From positions 1,894 to 65,893 of the forward strand of contig JAZSLQ010000125.1 in assembly GCA_045535455.1 (NCBI GenBank): 64,000 nt of DNA. Direction: 5' to 3'. Shown one piece after another: positions 18,487-28,409 of the stretch (the first letter of the stretch is position 1; the number at the start of each line of letters is the position of its first letter). A program made the position numbers and the translations under genes. This DNA comes from Kiritimatiellia bacterium (GTDB lineage: Bacteria; Verrucomicrobiota; Kiritimatiellia; RFP12; UBA1067). The notes beneath the pieces were generated by a model. That model saw only the letters and a list, made by a program, of their open reading frames with translations, ran no database searches and was not told the DNA's origin.

Positions 18487-21400
18487 ATGAAAGAAAAAAC
18501 AATGAAAAAGATTACGATAATGGCGTTTCTGCTGGCGATACTCGCGCCTGTTATGCAGGTGTGGGCAGGAAGCGGCGGCTCTACGACATATTATGCTGCA
18601 TTGAAGGCGCAGGTGTCGTCCAATTCGTCTGGCATGGGTAAGGTCTATGCTGGAACGTCGAATTCAGCACCGTCGGCGAGTAGTTACAAAGCTGATTACT
18701 CGCAAAGCTCCAGTCAGAATTCTACGACGGAGAATGAAAAAAAGAATTTTTATGCTTTTGCGCAGGCGAATGATGGGTATGAGTTTGTCGGTTGGTCCAC
18801 CAGCAACAATGGCTCAACATCTTCATCTGCAAGTCCTTATACTGTTCAAGTGGCATGCACGTCCTCCACTGAATCCAGCCCTACGGTGACGACGGTTTAT
18901 GCAAATTTTAAGAAGAAGGTTCTTGCTGCGTTCAACATCACCTTTGAGACGAGTAGTGCGGGCAGTTATACTGTTGATGGCGCGGCACCGGCCAACAAGA
19001 CAGGATTGACGGAAGCGACTTCCATTACGTTGGCATCGTCCGATGACAAATTCTTAAACTGGGTTGTCAATGGTGCCGAGGTCACGACCAACCCCTATAC
19101 TGCAAGTTATACAGCGAACACGACTATCAGTGCGGTGTTCCTGACCGCAGACATGGTTACTTCTGTCACCACACTTAGCGACTTGACATCGGCACTGTCC
19201 AATGCTCAGTACAAGAAAGTCACCATTCCTTCAGGAACTACGATCCAGATTCCCAAGGGCTCGACGGTTACGGTTCCTTCTGGAAAGCAACTGGTGATGG
19301 ACGGAACGCTGATTGTCTTGGGGACGCTGTCGAACTCCGGTGCGATTTCTGGTAATGGAACGCTCTACAAGATTTCGTACAAGATTGATCAGGGCGATGT
19401 CATTACTGTTTACACGGCTGATGGCAAGGAGTGCGGTGCCATGACGTGTGCCTGCCAAGATTCCAAGATGCCGCGCTACTGCAAGACGACGGTTACGGCG
19501 AACACACCGACTGTCAGCGGAACAATTGGTTGCACGACAACGTGGGGCGTACTTCTTAACGGTACGACGGCATACGCAATCAGAAATCAGAGCCCGAAGG
19601 CGGTCAAGGTTAATGTTGATACGGCGAAGGATTCCAATGGAAAACAGAGCGTCGTCAACAAGATTACATCGGTTGTCGCAAATGGCAATGTGGATGCTTT
19701 GGATGCGAATGCCAACTATGTTCTCTTTGCTGATTGTAGCATGACGGGGCCGTTGGACAGCAGTAAACTTAGGAGCACGGCAACCGTAGATTGTGCAGGT
19801 AAAAAACTGTCTGCCGGTACCAATTCGCATTCGTCATTTGGCATTAGCGTGTTAAATGGTTCGTTTTCGGCTTCTGCTAGCCAGTGGCAGAACGCTCATG
19901 CTGCGTTCTTCAACATGTCCTCCGTGTCGCTTAGCAAAATCAAGGGCACGGTTTCTACCTATTACTTCTATGACTGTGGCACGTCGGCGTCGGCGTGTTC
20001 CCTTTCGTTCGCCTACTACAGTTCGACGCGCACTTCAGATTACCGAACTATCTATCTGTATAGCGGTTATTACAGCTATTCGTTCAACACAACAGACGAT
20101 TCTGGCAAATGCAATGTGTACGGTGGTTCGTTTACAAAAGATCCTTCAGCTTACATCCCGTCTACTTATGACGGAATTATCGACGCCAAGTACGATGGCA
20201 GCAAGTATTACGTCGTGGGGGCGGCACAGGTCGCTGAGACGCTGGCAACTATTGGCGATGCCAAGTATTCTTCTCTCGCAGATGCCGTGGAAGCAGCCAA
20301 TACCGGAGATGAAATTACGCTAAGCGCTGCAATAGACTTGACAGGGAAAACGATTACGATTCCATCTGGCAAGTCCATTACACTTACGCTTGAGAACCAT
20401 CAAATCACGGGCGGTAGAATTGTGAACTATGGAACTCTTATACTCACCGATTCCGCCACAGGGACAGGCACAACCAACGCCGATCCAAGCGGTGGCATCT
20501 TGAATAGCGATATAGATAACTATGGTACGCTTGATTTCGTTTTTGGTACCTACAATGGTGCAATATCTAATAAAGAGGGTACACTTACTACGCACAACGG
20601 CATCTTCAATGGTGCATTGGCAAAAGAAGGCGGCTCGGTCAATTTGCGGGGTGGACATTTTAAGCAGGATGTAACTTCATTTGTAACGTCTGACGCATTT
20701 ATCGTAATCCGAAAGAATAATCTTTATAGCGTTTGTGAACTTCCAGATGGGACGTTGCGCGACACGACAATCAATGGCGTTGCGGGGAGCGCCGCCACGC
20801 CCTATTCAGACGCCGATTACACGCTTATCGCCAATTGGTTCACTGGGACGAAATCTTTACGCACTGGCTACTCGGCGGAAACTTGGGAGCATCTTGCCGA
20901 ATTGCTGTGTTTCTATCAGGTGTTCAACAACAACGGACTTGATGCAACGCTCAAATTTGATCGTGATGTTGCCGCCAATACAATCACACTTCATGCGAGG
21001 ACGACGGCTGCAGCTTCTCGTGCAATTGCAAATGACCTTTCTGCAGATTCGCTCTATCGTGGATTGTCCGAAGTCTTGAATGGTGGAGGATATGCTTCTA
21101 AAACATACAAGGCGTTGTGGCAAGATGATATAAAAACTGTTGCATTGGCTGTTTCGGATTCAACTGTTGGTGCAAACGCAGGTACGGTTTGCACCGAGAT
21201 GATTGAGCTCTGGGAGGAGGTCCGTGCCTCTGACTACTCATCTACTGGGCATAAGTTGACGAATACAGTCCTTATTGTTGGTCAGAAGCGCTTTACCATT
21301 GGCGCTGGCAGCAATGTGGCGATGATTCGCCCCGATGTCGGCGCGGCGACGTTCTATGCGACACTTGACGCGGCGGTGGCGGCGGTCGTGGACGGCGGGA

Positions 21401-22737
21401 CTATCATGCTGGCTAATGATTGTGATAATAATGTGACTGTCGAAAAGGCTTGTACGATTGATACCAATGGATTCAAATTCACTGGTAAGATTGAGACCAC
21501 TGGAGGATATTCCATATCGGAATCTGACGGCGTTTATGTGGTCAAGGCCCCAGACCCCGCCGACTTGGTGAATGTCGAGAATGTCGTTTCGGATGTCGTT
21601 TCTGAAGAATGGCTGGAAGCGAACGAGATTTCGACCGAAGGCAAGACGACAGAAGAAATTCAGGCGGAGGTTCTGGAGAAGTTGAACGAAGAAGATACCA
21701 ACGGCAATGCCAAGTGGGAGAATCTTGTAATTGGCCAGAATGCCGATGAAAAGGCCGCTGTAACCGCTGCCAGCGGTGGTACCGAGACGACTGCCAATAT
21801 AGAGGTGTCCTTCGAAGTCCCGACTAACGCTGAGACGGGTGAGAAGATAGAAACTGGCTATACGGTCAAGTATGCGTTCGACAAGACCGACAGCACTGGG
21901 ACGCTTGAAGGCGAGGCACAAGACAACCCGACGATTGATCTCAAGGGTGTAAAGGAAAACGATCCGACTTACTTCACGATGCGCGCTGTGCTTGAGGCGA
22001 CTGATAACAGCGGAGTGACGGCGGAGGTGCCAGTCGAGAAGACCATTGGCGTCTTTAAGGTGGAGTCCGATGCGGCAGTTACGATTATTCCTGTGCCGTG
22101 GAAGTCGCTTGGCGACGAAGACATCAAGGCGACTGAGCTTGTCCATGCCGCGAGCCTCAGCGATGATGACGAGTTGATTGTCTATGGCGCTGATGGCAAA
22201 TCGCAGACTTGGATTGTGAAGAACGGCGAATGGACTGCTCCGGTTGCTGAATACACTATCGGTGACGATGTTTCCGAGCCGCAGCAAGAGGAACAGCAAG
22301 AGGCCGCTGAACTCTCGCGCGGGCAGGGCGCTATACTAAAGCGAAAGGACACAACCAAGGAGATCGTACTTATCGGACAGGCGGTCACGAGTGAGACGGT
22401 AGAGACGACAATTGCTGCTGCAGGCACAGAGCCGAGCTGGAATCTTGTCGCCTCGCCCAAGATGGAACAGGTTGCGGTTGATACCGTTGCAGGTGAAAAC
22501 ACGTCCGACGAGATTATCGTGCCGACAGCCGGTACGCCGAAGCATTATACCTACAAGGATAATGCGTGGGGTTATACTGGGAAGATCGGCGAAACAGAGG
22601 TGACATTGCCTGGTGGAGTGAAAACAACGGCTGTCCAGTTCGGACGCAAGACGGATGATACGAGCGTTCCCGCGGGTACGGGCTTCTGGTATTTGAACAA
22701 GGATTCCTCCAACAACGATAAGAAGATTACGTGGTAA
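18487..22737 (+). CDS. giant secreted surface protein 1 (about 1417 aa) with a right-handed beta-helix and a conserved C-terminal domain
   Basis: A signal peptide (MKEKTMKKITIMAFLLAILAPVMQVWA) and a Ser/Thr-rich region with a Listeria-Bacteroides-repeat-like block (YAFAQANDGYEFVGWS). Gly/Thr/Asn-rich beta-helix turns follow. The C-terminal 300 aa or so is paralogous to the C-terminus of the 23274-27098 protein. Confidence 0.7.
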   Translation: MKEKTMKKITIMAFLLAILAPVMQVWAGSGGSTTYYAALKAQVSSNSSGMGKVYAGTSNSAPSASSYKADYSQSSSQNSTTENEKKNFYAFAQANDGYEFVGWSTSNNGSTSSSASPYTVQVACTSSTESSPTVTTVYANFKKKVLAAFNITFETSSAGSYTVDGAAPANKTGLTEATSITLASSDDKFLNWVVNGAEVTTNPYTASYTANTTISAVFLTADMVTSVTTLSDLTSALSNAQYKKVTIPSGTTIQIPKGSTVTVPSGKQLVMDGTLIVLGTLSNSGAISGNGTLYKISYKIDQGDVITVYTADGKECGAMTCACQDSKMPRYCKTTVTANTPTVSGTIGCTTTWGVLLNGTTAYAIRNQSPKAVKVNVDTAKDSNGKQSVVNKITSVVANGNVDALDANANYVLFADCSMTGPLDSSKLRSTATVDCAGKKLSAGTNSHSSFGISVLNGSFSASASQWQNAHAAFFNMSSVSLSKIKGTVSTYYFYDCGTSASACSLSFAYYSSTRTSDYRTIYLYSGYYSYSFNTTDDSGKCNVYGGSFTKDPSAYIPSTYDGIIDAKYDGSKYYVVGAAQVAETLATIGDAKYSSLADAVEAANTGDEITLSAAIDLTGKTITIPSGKSITLTLENHQITGGRIVNYGTLILTDSATGTGTTNADPSGGILNSDIDNYGTLDFVFGTYNGAISNKEGTLTTHNGIFNGALAKEGGSVNLRGGHFKQDVTSFVTSDAFIVIRKNNLYSVCELPDGTLRDTTINGVAGSAATPYSDADYTLIANWFTGTKSLRTGYSAETWEHLAELLCFYQVFNNNGLDATLKFDRDVAANTITLHARTTAAASRAIANDLSADSLYRGLSEVLNGGGYASKTYKALWQDDIKTVALAVSDSTVGANAGTVCTEMIELWEEVRASDYSSTGHKLTNTVLIVGQKRFTIGAGSNVAMIRPDVGAATFYATLDAAVAAVVDGGTIMLANDCDNNVTVEKACTIDTNGFKFTGKIETTGGYSISESDGVYVVKAPDPADLVNVENVVSDVVSEEWLEANEISTEGKTTEEIQAEVLEKLNEEDTNGNAKWENLVIGQNADEKAAVTAASGGTETTANIEVSFEVPTNAETGEKIETGYTVKYAFDKTDSTGTLEGEAQDNPTIDLKGVKENDPTYFTMRAVLEATDNSGVTAEVPVEKTIGVFKVESDAAVTIIPVPWKSLGDEDIKATELVHAASLSDDDELIVYGADGKSQTWIVKNGEWTAPVAEYTIGDDVSEPQQEEQQEAAELSRGQGAILKRKDTTKEIVLIGQAVTSETVETTIAAAGTEPSWNLVASPKMEQVAVDTVAGENTSDEIIVPTAGTPKHYTYKDNAWGYTGKIGETEVTLPGGVKTTAVQFGRKTDDTSVPAGTGFWYLNKDSSNNDKKITW

Positions 22738-22744
22738 CCGCTTT

Positions 22745-23254
22745 ATGAAGAAAATTCTCGTAAAAAGTTGTCTGACCGTCGCGCTTGCGCTTTGCGCGCA
22801 AGCAACGATGGCGGATTATCTATATTTTCTCGTCGGTGACGATTCCGGAAATTCGCCTACATATAACGATGACCCTGTTGTCTACAGCTATGCAACAGTT
22901 AAGATGACGGGTGCTGGTGACAGCAGTGGTTATCTGGAACTCTATGCTGGTGGCGCTACTGAGTCGTCCGGCATTGCTATGATGTCCGGAAGCACCGCCC
23001 CAGCATACGCCAAGTTGCCGGACAATTATAAAAATGCTTACAGCACGTTCCTAGTCGAGCTGTGGAATGAAGATGCTAACCGTGTGGCGTGGCAGAGTTA
23101 TAACTTGGCTGGTGTAGGCGGGAATATAGTAGGCAGCAACGCGCAGGGATCTCAGCTTAATGTGACTACTGTTATACCTGAGCCGACTGGCGGGATGCTT
23201 ATGCTTCTCGGCATGGCGGTTTTGGCCATGAGACGCAAGGCAAGAATGTTTTAA
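22745..23254 (+). CDS. small PEP-CTERM sorting-domain protein (169 aa)
   Basis: Signal peptide present. The C-terminus VIPEPTGGMLMLLGMAVLAMRRKARMF has the PEP motif, a TM segment and RRK. Paralog of the 27133-27633 protein. Confidence 0.85.
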   Translation: MKKILVKSCLTVALALCAQATMADYLYFLVGDDSGNSPTYNDDPVVYSYATVKMTGAGDSSGYLELYAGGATESSGIAMMSGSTAPAYAKLPDNYKNAYSTFLVELWNEDANRVAWQSYNLAGVGGNIVGSNAQGSQLNVTTVIPEPTGGMLMLLGMAVLAMRRKARMF

Positions 23255-23273
23255 CTAAGGAAAGGACACAACA

Positions 23274-26200
23274 ATGAAAAAAATGAAGATGCTGATCGCA
23301 GGGTTTGTGCTGGCGCTCGCTGGCATGGCAACTGCGGCTATGGATACGGTGCTGACCTTTTCAACGGTTGGCCCAGACAGGTATGCCGACGGCGAAGACG
23401 TCGTTGACGGCGAGTGTTATGCGCTCGTCTGGACGTCTGATGTGGCTGGCTTTACCTTGTCAGACGACGGCACGGCTACTGGCGGGAAGGTTGTTCTTGT
23501 CGCACCTGTCGCCGAAGGCAGGCGCTGCCCGCCGGTTAAGCTGAACATCAAGGCGTCCGTCGCCCCTCAGTACGAGGGTGGCGTCTGGGGAGTGTACCTT
23601 CTCGACACGCGTGAATCTCCCGAAGGCGAGCGTGTAATTAGCGGAGTCAAGCTCATTCCCGATGCGACGGTTGATGTCGCGAGCGAGGGCTATCTTGTCC
23701 ATACGACCATGAAGTCGAAGGCGCTGCTCGGCGCTTCCGCCGGCGTGGTTGATGCCGAGAGCCTGGTCGCTGCGGTTGCCGCTGGTGGTGAGGTAACGGT
23801 CGCGGCCGATATCACGCTCAATGACGAGCTGGTTGTCGAAAAGGAAGTGACGCTTAATCTTGGAGAGTACAAGATCACTGCGGCGAACGGCAAGAACGCG
23901 ATTCAGGTCGCGGCCGGCGGAAACCTCACGATCAATGCGGAGTCGACGGGCGGTGTTTCGGCGTCCAACGCGCTGGCTGTCTATGCCGACTACGAGCTTT
24001 CGCCCGGCGTGAAGACGATCACGATCAATGGTGGCGTATTCGACGGTGCGCTGCAGTTCAACAAGTATCCGCTCCACACCTCTGAAGTGCAGTCCGGCGA
24101 GGCGGCTGTTCCGACGACGGTTGTTGTCGGTGGCGGTACGTTCAAAGGCCGCGTGAGCATTTACCACTGCCCGTTCACTGTGAATGGCGGTACGTTTGAG
24201 CAGGGCCTTGACACGTCTGACGGTAGCGTTACGGTCTATGCCAACTACAAGTGTCCGGTCACGTTCAACGGCGGTAGCTTCAAGGTCAGGCCGACGCCTG
24301 CAGGTTCGCGCGTTGTCGTCAATGGTGGCGTGTACTACGAGGGTGGTTACTTCAAGGTTGGCGACACAGCCGACTGCCAGGCGACGCGCAATGGCACATA
24401 CTATGCTTCGCTCGCCGAGGCGTTCCAGGACATCGGGCCTGGCACTGTGATCACCGTTCTTGGCGGTGATGAGGCGTCTATCTCTGTCGAGCTTGAACCC
24501 GGCCAGTCGCTGACGGTCCCGTCTACGTTCGCGGGTGCGATAGCGGGCAAGGGTGGTGCTGAACTTGTTGTCACGTATGTGGATGGCACAGCCATCTACA
24601 TGGTAAAGGCGGAGGGCGTGGCGCGTATTGGTGCGCAGTACTACGCCACGCTTCAGGCGGCGTTTGACGCAAGCAAGACCAATGACGTCATTACGCTTCT
24701 TGCCGATGACACGCTTGCGTTCACCTCGCTTGACCGTGCAATCACGCTTGACCTTAACGGCCACAACGTGACGGTGACGGGCGGTGCGGCGGACCTCTCC
24801 AATGGTGCGCTCACCATTGTCGGTAGTGGCCACATGACGGGCTTCGTCGAGCCTTCCGCTGGAAAGGTGAACCTTGTCCTCAAGGGCGGTACATACGGGT
24901 TCGATCCGTCTAAGTACGCTCCGTACGTCATTGAGGCGCTTCCGAACGAGCAGGATCCGGTAGACTGGAGCAATGATCGTCACTATGTGTTCAAGGATTA
25001 TGCGCTTGGCGTCTATGGCGGTTTCCCTTATTGGGCACCAGAAAAGGGCGTGTGGACGGTTGTTCCCGTGCCGAAGGCTTACGTGTCGGCCTATCCTACG
25101 AAGGAAGTCGGCATTGGCGACCCGCTCGACGCCGCTTATTCGTTCGGTGCGTTCAACGCCAACAATGGCGGTGCCAGCTATTGTTCTGACCGCGAAGTTG
25201 CCGACAAGGTTATTACAGGCGACGGAATGCTCAACCTCAACGCACTGACAGATCCGGAGGAGATCACCCGCGCTCTGGCGGTGCTGACCGAGGCGACGCC
25301 GTTCCTCGATTGGCACGCAGACTTCGCGGTGTCGTTCGACAAGCCAATCACGGCTGGTTCGCTCACGCTCGCCGGACAGTACAATGGTTGGTCGAGCAGC
25401 TGGGTATCGTATCCTGCGCCGGCTAATGTTGGAGCGAATGTGGTTCGCCGGCTCCTTGCGGACGAGGGCGGCGCTAGACCCTCCGACTGGCCGTATCAGC
25501 ATATCTGCACTAAGGTGAAAGACTTCAACTGCGGTGCGCGCATGGACGATAGCTCCATCATCGGGACGACGATGAAGGTCCAGCTCAGGCTCTACAAGCC
25601 GGACGGCGACGAGGGCACTGGTTCGCCGTCGATTCTCATCTGCGAGTACAAGTACACGTTCGGCGGCAAGGCGGCACGGATCGAGGACACATTCTACGAT
25701 TCGATTGACGAGGCCATTGCCGAAGTTCAGTCCAACGACGTCGTGGTCGTCCTCAACGACTACACTGGCGCGGTCGATATCAACAACTGCGACAAGCCGT
25801 TCACGGTCAACAGGAATGGCTTCGTGCTTGGAGTGACCGAAACGAACAACATCAATAAGGCAAAGGGCACCGATTGGCACTTCGACAGAATGAGCAACGG
25901 CAGCTGGAGCTACTACAACAAGCCGGCGCCTCCGTCCGAGGATGTGGCTGTCGTCATGGTCGAAGTCGTCGACGATGCGGGTGAGTCTATGTCACTCTCG
26001 GCGCTCACTCCTGATGCGGAGTGGCTGGACAAGAAGACGCAGGAAGGCGAGACGGCCGAGCAGGCTCTTGCCAAGGTCGAGGAGAACGGCAACCAGGCAT
26101 GGCAGAACTACGTGATCGGACAAGATCCGAGCGCGGCAGTCCGTGTCAACACCGCGCAGGCGGATATTGATAAAACACCTGTCGATAACACGCTTACCGA

Positions 26201-27098
26201 AAAGGTGAATGTGCCTACCAATTCCGGCTTCAAGGTGTCGTACGCCATCGACAAGATTGAAGCAGACGGAACGGTTAAAGAGGGTACTCCTCAGGCTTCG
26301 GCAGAAAACTTTACTGTCGATCTTGAGAATGCGACAGACAACGAATCCGGAGTCGCCTACTTCAAGATGACTGCGATCATCGAGGCCGAAGACGGCACTG
26401 GTGCGAAGACCAAGGTTACGTCCGAGAACACCCTCGGCGTCCTGAAGGTTGATGCAACCACTAAGAACACGCCGGTTGCAGTTCCGTGGTCGTCTCTCGC
26501 CGACGACAAGGACATTACCGTCGATCAGCTTGTTCGCACGGCGACGCTCACTCCTGGCGACACGATGACGGCCTACGACAACGAAACGGGCAAGTATAAT
26601 GCCTGGGAGCTGCAGGATAACGGCACGTGGAAGACGGTGCAGTCCGCTGGCGGAGCGGAAACGCAAGATGCTTCTGAGTTTTCGGTTCCTCGCGGCGCGG
26701 CCGTGTGGGTGACGCGTCAGGATCCCACTCAGCCGCTTTACCTTGTAGGCGAGGTGGCGGAGAAGGCGGCCGAGACGCAACTTGAGCCAGCTCCTTCCGA
26801 AGAGAAGAAGTCATGGAATCTCGTTGCGTCTCCTTCGGTAGAGCCTGCCAAAGTTGAAGACATTCTTGCCGGCAACGAGGACTTCGATGTCATCATGGTT
26901 CCGACCGACGCAGCCCCTAAGGTCTACATCTACCGCGATGGCAAGTGGGGCTACGAGACCACCGAAGAGGTTATCAGGGGGGGCCAAGTGGTTGGTGTCA
27001 GGTCAGTGTTCAAGACGGATGACACCGAGATTCCCGCAGGTGTCGGCTTCTGGTACCTCAATGGAAGTACCGATGGCAACAAGACTGTTGAATGGTAA
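23274..27098 (+). CDS. giant secreted surface protein 2 (1274 aa) with a beta-helix and the same conserved C-terminal domain
   Basis: Signal peptide present. Beta-helix repeats such as GGVFDGALQFNKYPLHT and GGTFKGRVSIYHCPF. The C-terminal blocks SWNLVASP and GFWYLN are shared with giant protein 1. Confidence 0.7.
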   Translation: MKKMKMLIAGFVLALAGMATAAMDTVLTFSTVGPDRYADGEDVVDGECYALVWTSDVAGFTLSDDGTATGGKVVLVAPVAEGRRCPPVKLNIKASVAPQYEGGVWGVYLLDTRESPEGERVISGVKLIPDATVDVASEGYLVHTTMKSKALLGASAGVVDAESLVAAVAAGGEVTVAADITLNDELVVEKEVTLNLGEYKITAANGKNAIQVAAGGNLTINAESTGGVSASNALAVYADYELSPGVKTITINGGVFDGALQFNKYPLHTSEVQSGEAAVPTTVVVGGGTFKGRVSIYHCPFTVNGGTFEQGLDTSDGSVTVYANYKCPVTFNGGSFKVRPTPAGSRVVVNGGVYYEGGYFKVGDTADCQATRNGTYYASLAEAFQDIGPGTVITVLGGDEASISVELEPGQSLTVPSTFAGAIAGKGGAELVVTYVDGTAIYMVKAEGVARIGAQYYATLQAAFDASKTNDVITLLADDTLAFTSLDRAITLDLNGHNVTVTGGAADLSNGALTIVGSGHMTGFVEPSAGKVNLVLKGGTYGFDPSKYAPYVIEALPNEQDPVDWSNDRHYVFKDYALGVYGGFPYWAPEKGVWTVVPVPKAYVSAYPTKEVGIGDPLDAAYSFGAFNANNGGASYCSDREVADKVITGDGMLNLNALTDPEEITRALAVLTEATPFLDWHADFAVSFDKPITAGSLTLAGQYNGWSSSWVSYPAPANVGANVVRRLLADEGGARPSDWPYQHICTKVKDFNCGARMDDSSIIGTTMKVQLRLYKPDGDEGTGSPSILICEYKYTFGGKAARIEDTFYDSIDEAIAEVQSNDVVVVLNDYTGAVDINNCDKPFTVNRNGFVLGVTETNNINKAKGTDWHFDRMSNGSWSYYNKPAPPSEDVAVVMVEVVDDAGESMSLSALTPDAEWLDKKTQEGETAEQALAKVEENGNQAWQNYVIGQDPSAAVRVNTAQADIDKTPVDNTLTEKVNVPTNSGFKVSYAIDKIEADGTVKEGTPQASAENFTVDLENATDNESGVAYFKMTAIIEAEDGTGAKTKVTSENTLGVLKVDATTKNTPVAVPWSSLADDKDITVDQLVRTATLTPGDTMTAYDNETGKYNAWELQDNGTWKTVQSAGGAETQDASEFSVPRGAAVWVTRQDPTQPLYLVGEVAEKAAETQLEPAPSEEKKSWNLVASPSVEPAKVEDILAGNEDFDVIMVPTDAAPKVYIYRDGKWGYETTEEVIRGGQVVGVRSVFKTDDTEIPAGVGFWYLNGSTDGNKTVEW

Positions 27099-27132
27099 TC
27101 GTCTCTAAACGCCAAAAGAGAGGAACTACGAC

Positions 27133-27633
27133 ATGAAATCGGTCAAACTTATCATTGCTGCAGCTGCCGTCGCAATTGCGACGACAGCTATGGCGGAGCC
27201 CGACAGCATACTCTACTGGATGGTAGACAAGCCGACATACGAAGATTCGGCCGTGGCTTTCGACCATGTGAAGATTAAGGCGGTTGACGGTGGAACCGGA
27301 AGCTACCTCTATATGTTCAACCAGGGAGCGAGCACGGGATACGATGTGGCCTTCGCGAAGGAGTCGGGCGACACCACTGGCGGCCTCTTCTCGGGGCTGT
27401 TCGACGGCAACGTGGATTACTTCCTCATCGAGCTGTTCGATGACTCGGATTCTCGAGTTGCCTGGCAGCGCGTCAGCTACCAGATGGCCTTTGACAACGG
27501 CAGCATATCGTCACCGTTGGCGGCTGGTGGCGCCACCGTGTATACCATAAGCCAGGTCGTGCCTGAGCCGACGAGCGGCATTCTTCTGCTGCTTGGTTTC
27601 GCCGGACTCGCCCTCCGTCGTAAAAAAGCATAA
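27133..27633 (+). CDS. small PEP-CTERM sorting-domain protein (166 aa), paralog of the 22745-23254 protein
   Basis: The C-terminus VVPEPTSGILLLLGFAGLALRRKKA carries the signal. The blocks LIELFDDSDSRVAWQRVSY and LVELWNEDANRVAWQSY are shared between the two proteins. Confidence 0.85.
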   Translation: MKSVKLIIAAAAVAIATTAMAEPDSILYWMVDKPTYEDSAVAFDHVKIKAVDGGTGSYLYMFNQGASTGYDVAFAKESGDTTGGLFSGLFDGNVDYFLIELFDDSDSRVAWQRVSYQMAFDNGSISSPLAAGGATVYTISQVVPEPTSGILLLLGFAGLALRRKKA

Positions 27634-27657
27634 CATCTGACAGAAAGGAATCATACA

Positions 27658-28401
27658 ATGAAGAAGACAGTATTCTCCGCGCTTGCGGCAATTCTTGTCG
27701 GAACTGCTTTCGCGGCAGCCAACGACAAGCTCGTCATGTTCTCGACCAAGGGACCCGATACCTACGCAGACGGCACCCAGGTTCTCGACAAGGAGTGCTA
27801 CGCACTTGTCTGGGACAAGGATTCCGAGCCGTTCAGCGTCGCGGCCGACGGCTCTACGACCGGCGGCGACATCGTGCTTTTCGCGCCATTTGCCGAAAAG
27901 GGACGTTGCCCGAAGGTGCTCTTCGAGGTGGACGCGGCGCTTGTCGAGAGCAAGTACACCAAGGGGGGCTCCTGGAAGGTCTATCTGCTTGACACGCGTC
28001 GCTTCGGCGACACGGTGACGCTCGCTCCGCTTGTGAACGGAAAGCCGTCGCTCATCAATGCGGCCGGTCTTGTCGGCAATGCGGCAATCAGCGTGGCCGC
28101 TGGCGCTCCAAACTCCGTGAATGTGGCCGCTGGCACTACGGCGGCCACGGCGACGGCTCTTCCGGCAGGCGATGGAAACGTCACGCCGAAGATCTCCGAC
28201 ATCAATGTCAGCGGCGATCTTGTCTACGTGACGGTTGAGAACACCCGCCCGTATCTCGCCTATGATCTGACGGAGGGCGCCAAGCCCGGTGAAGTGACGG
28301 AGCGCGTCAACAATCCGCGTACGGGCGGGGATGACGGCAAGGTCGTACTCGTCGCCCCGAAGAAGGACGGCGGCGCGTTCTTCCGCGTAAACCGCAAGTA
28401 A
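27658..28401 (+). CDS. secreted protein that is a stand-alone paralog of the N-terminal domain of giant protein 2
   Basis: VMFSTKGPDTYADGTQVLDKECYALVWDKD...GRCPKV...VYLLDTR aligns with residues 25-110 of giant protein 2. Confidence 0.6.
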   Translation: MKKTVFSALAAILVGTAFAAANDKLVMFSTKGPDTYADGTQVLDKECYALVWDKDSEPFSVAADGSTTGGDIVLFAPFAEKGRCPKVLFEVDAALVESKYTKGGSWKVYLLDTRRFGDTVTLAPLVNGKPSLINAAGLVGNAAISVAAGAPNSVNVAAGTTAATATALPAGDGNVTPKISDINVSGDLVYVTVENTRPYLAYDLTEGAKPGEVTERVNNPRTGGDDGKVVLVAPKKDGGAFFRVNRK

Positions 28402-28409
28402 GAAGCGGA

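Noticed and set aside
23460-25880. 806-aa ORF on the minus strand, antisense to giant protein 2
   Set aside because: An Arg/Val-rich shadow frame of a GC-rich gene. The + strand protein has a signal peptide and paralog support.
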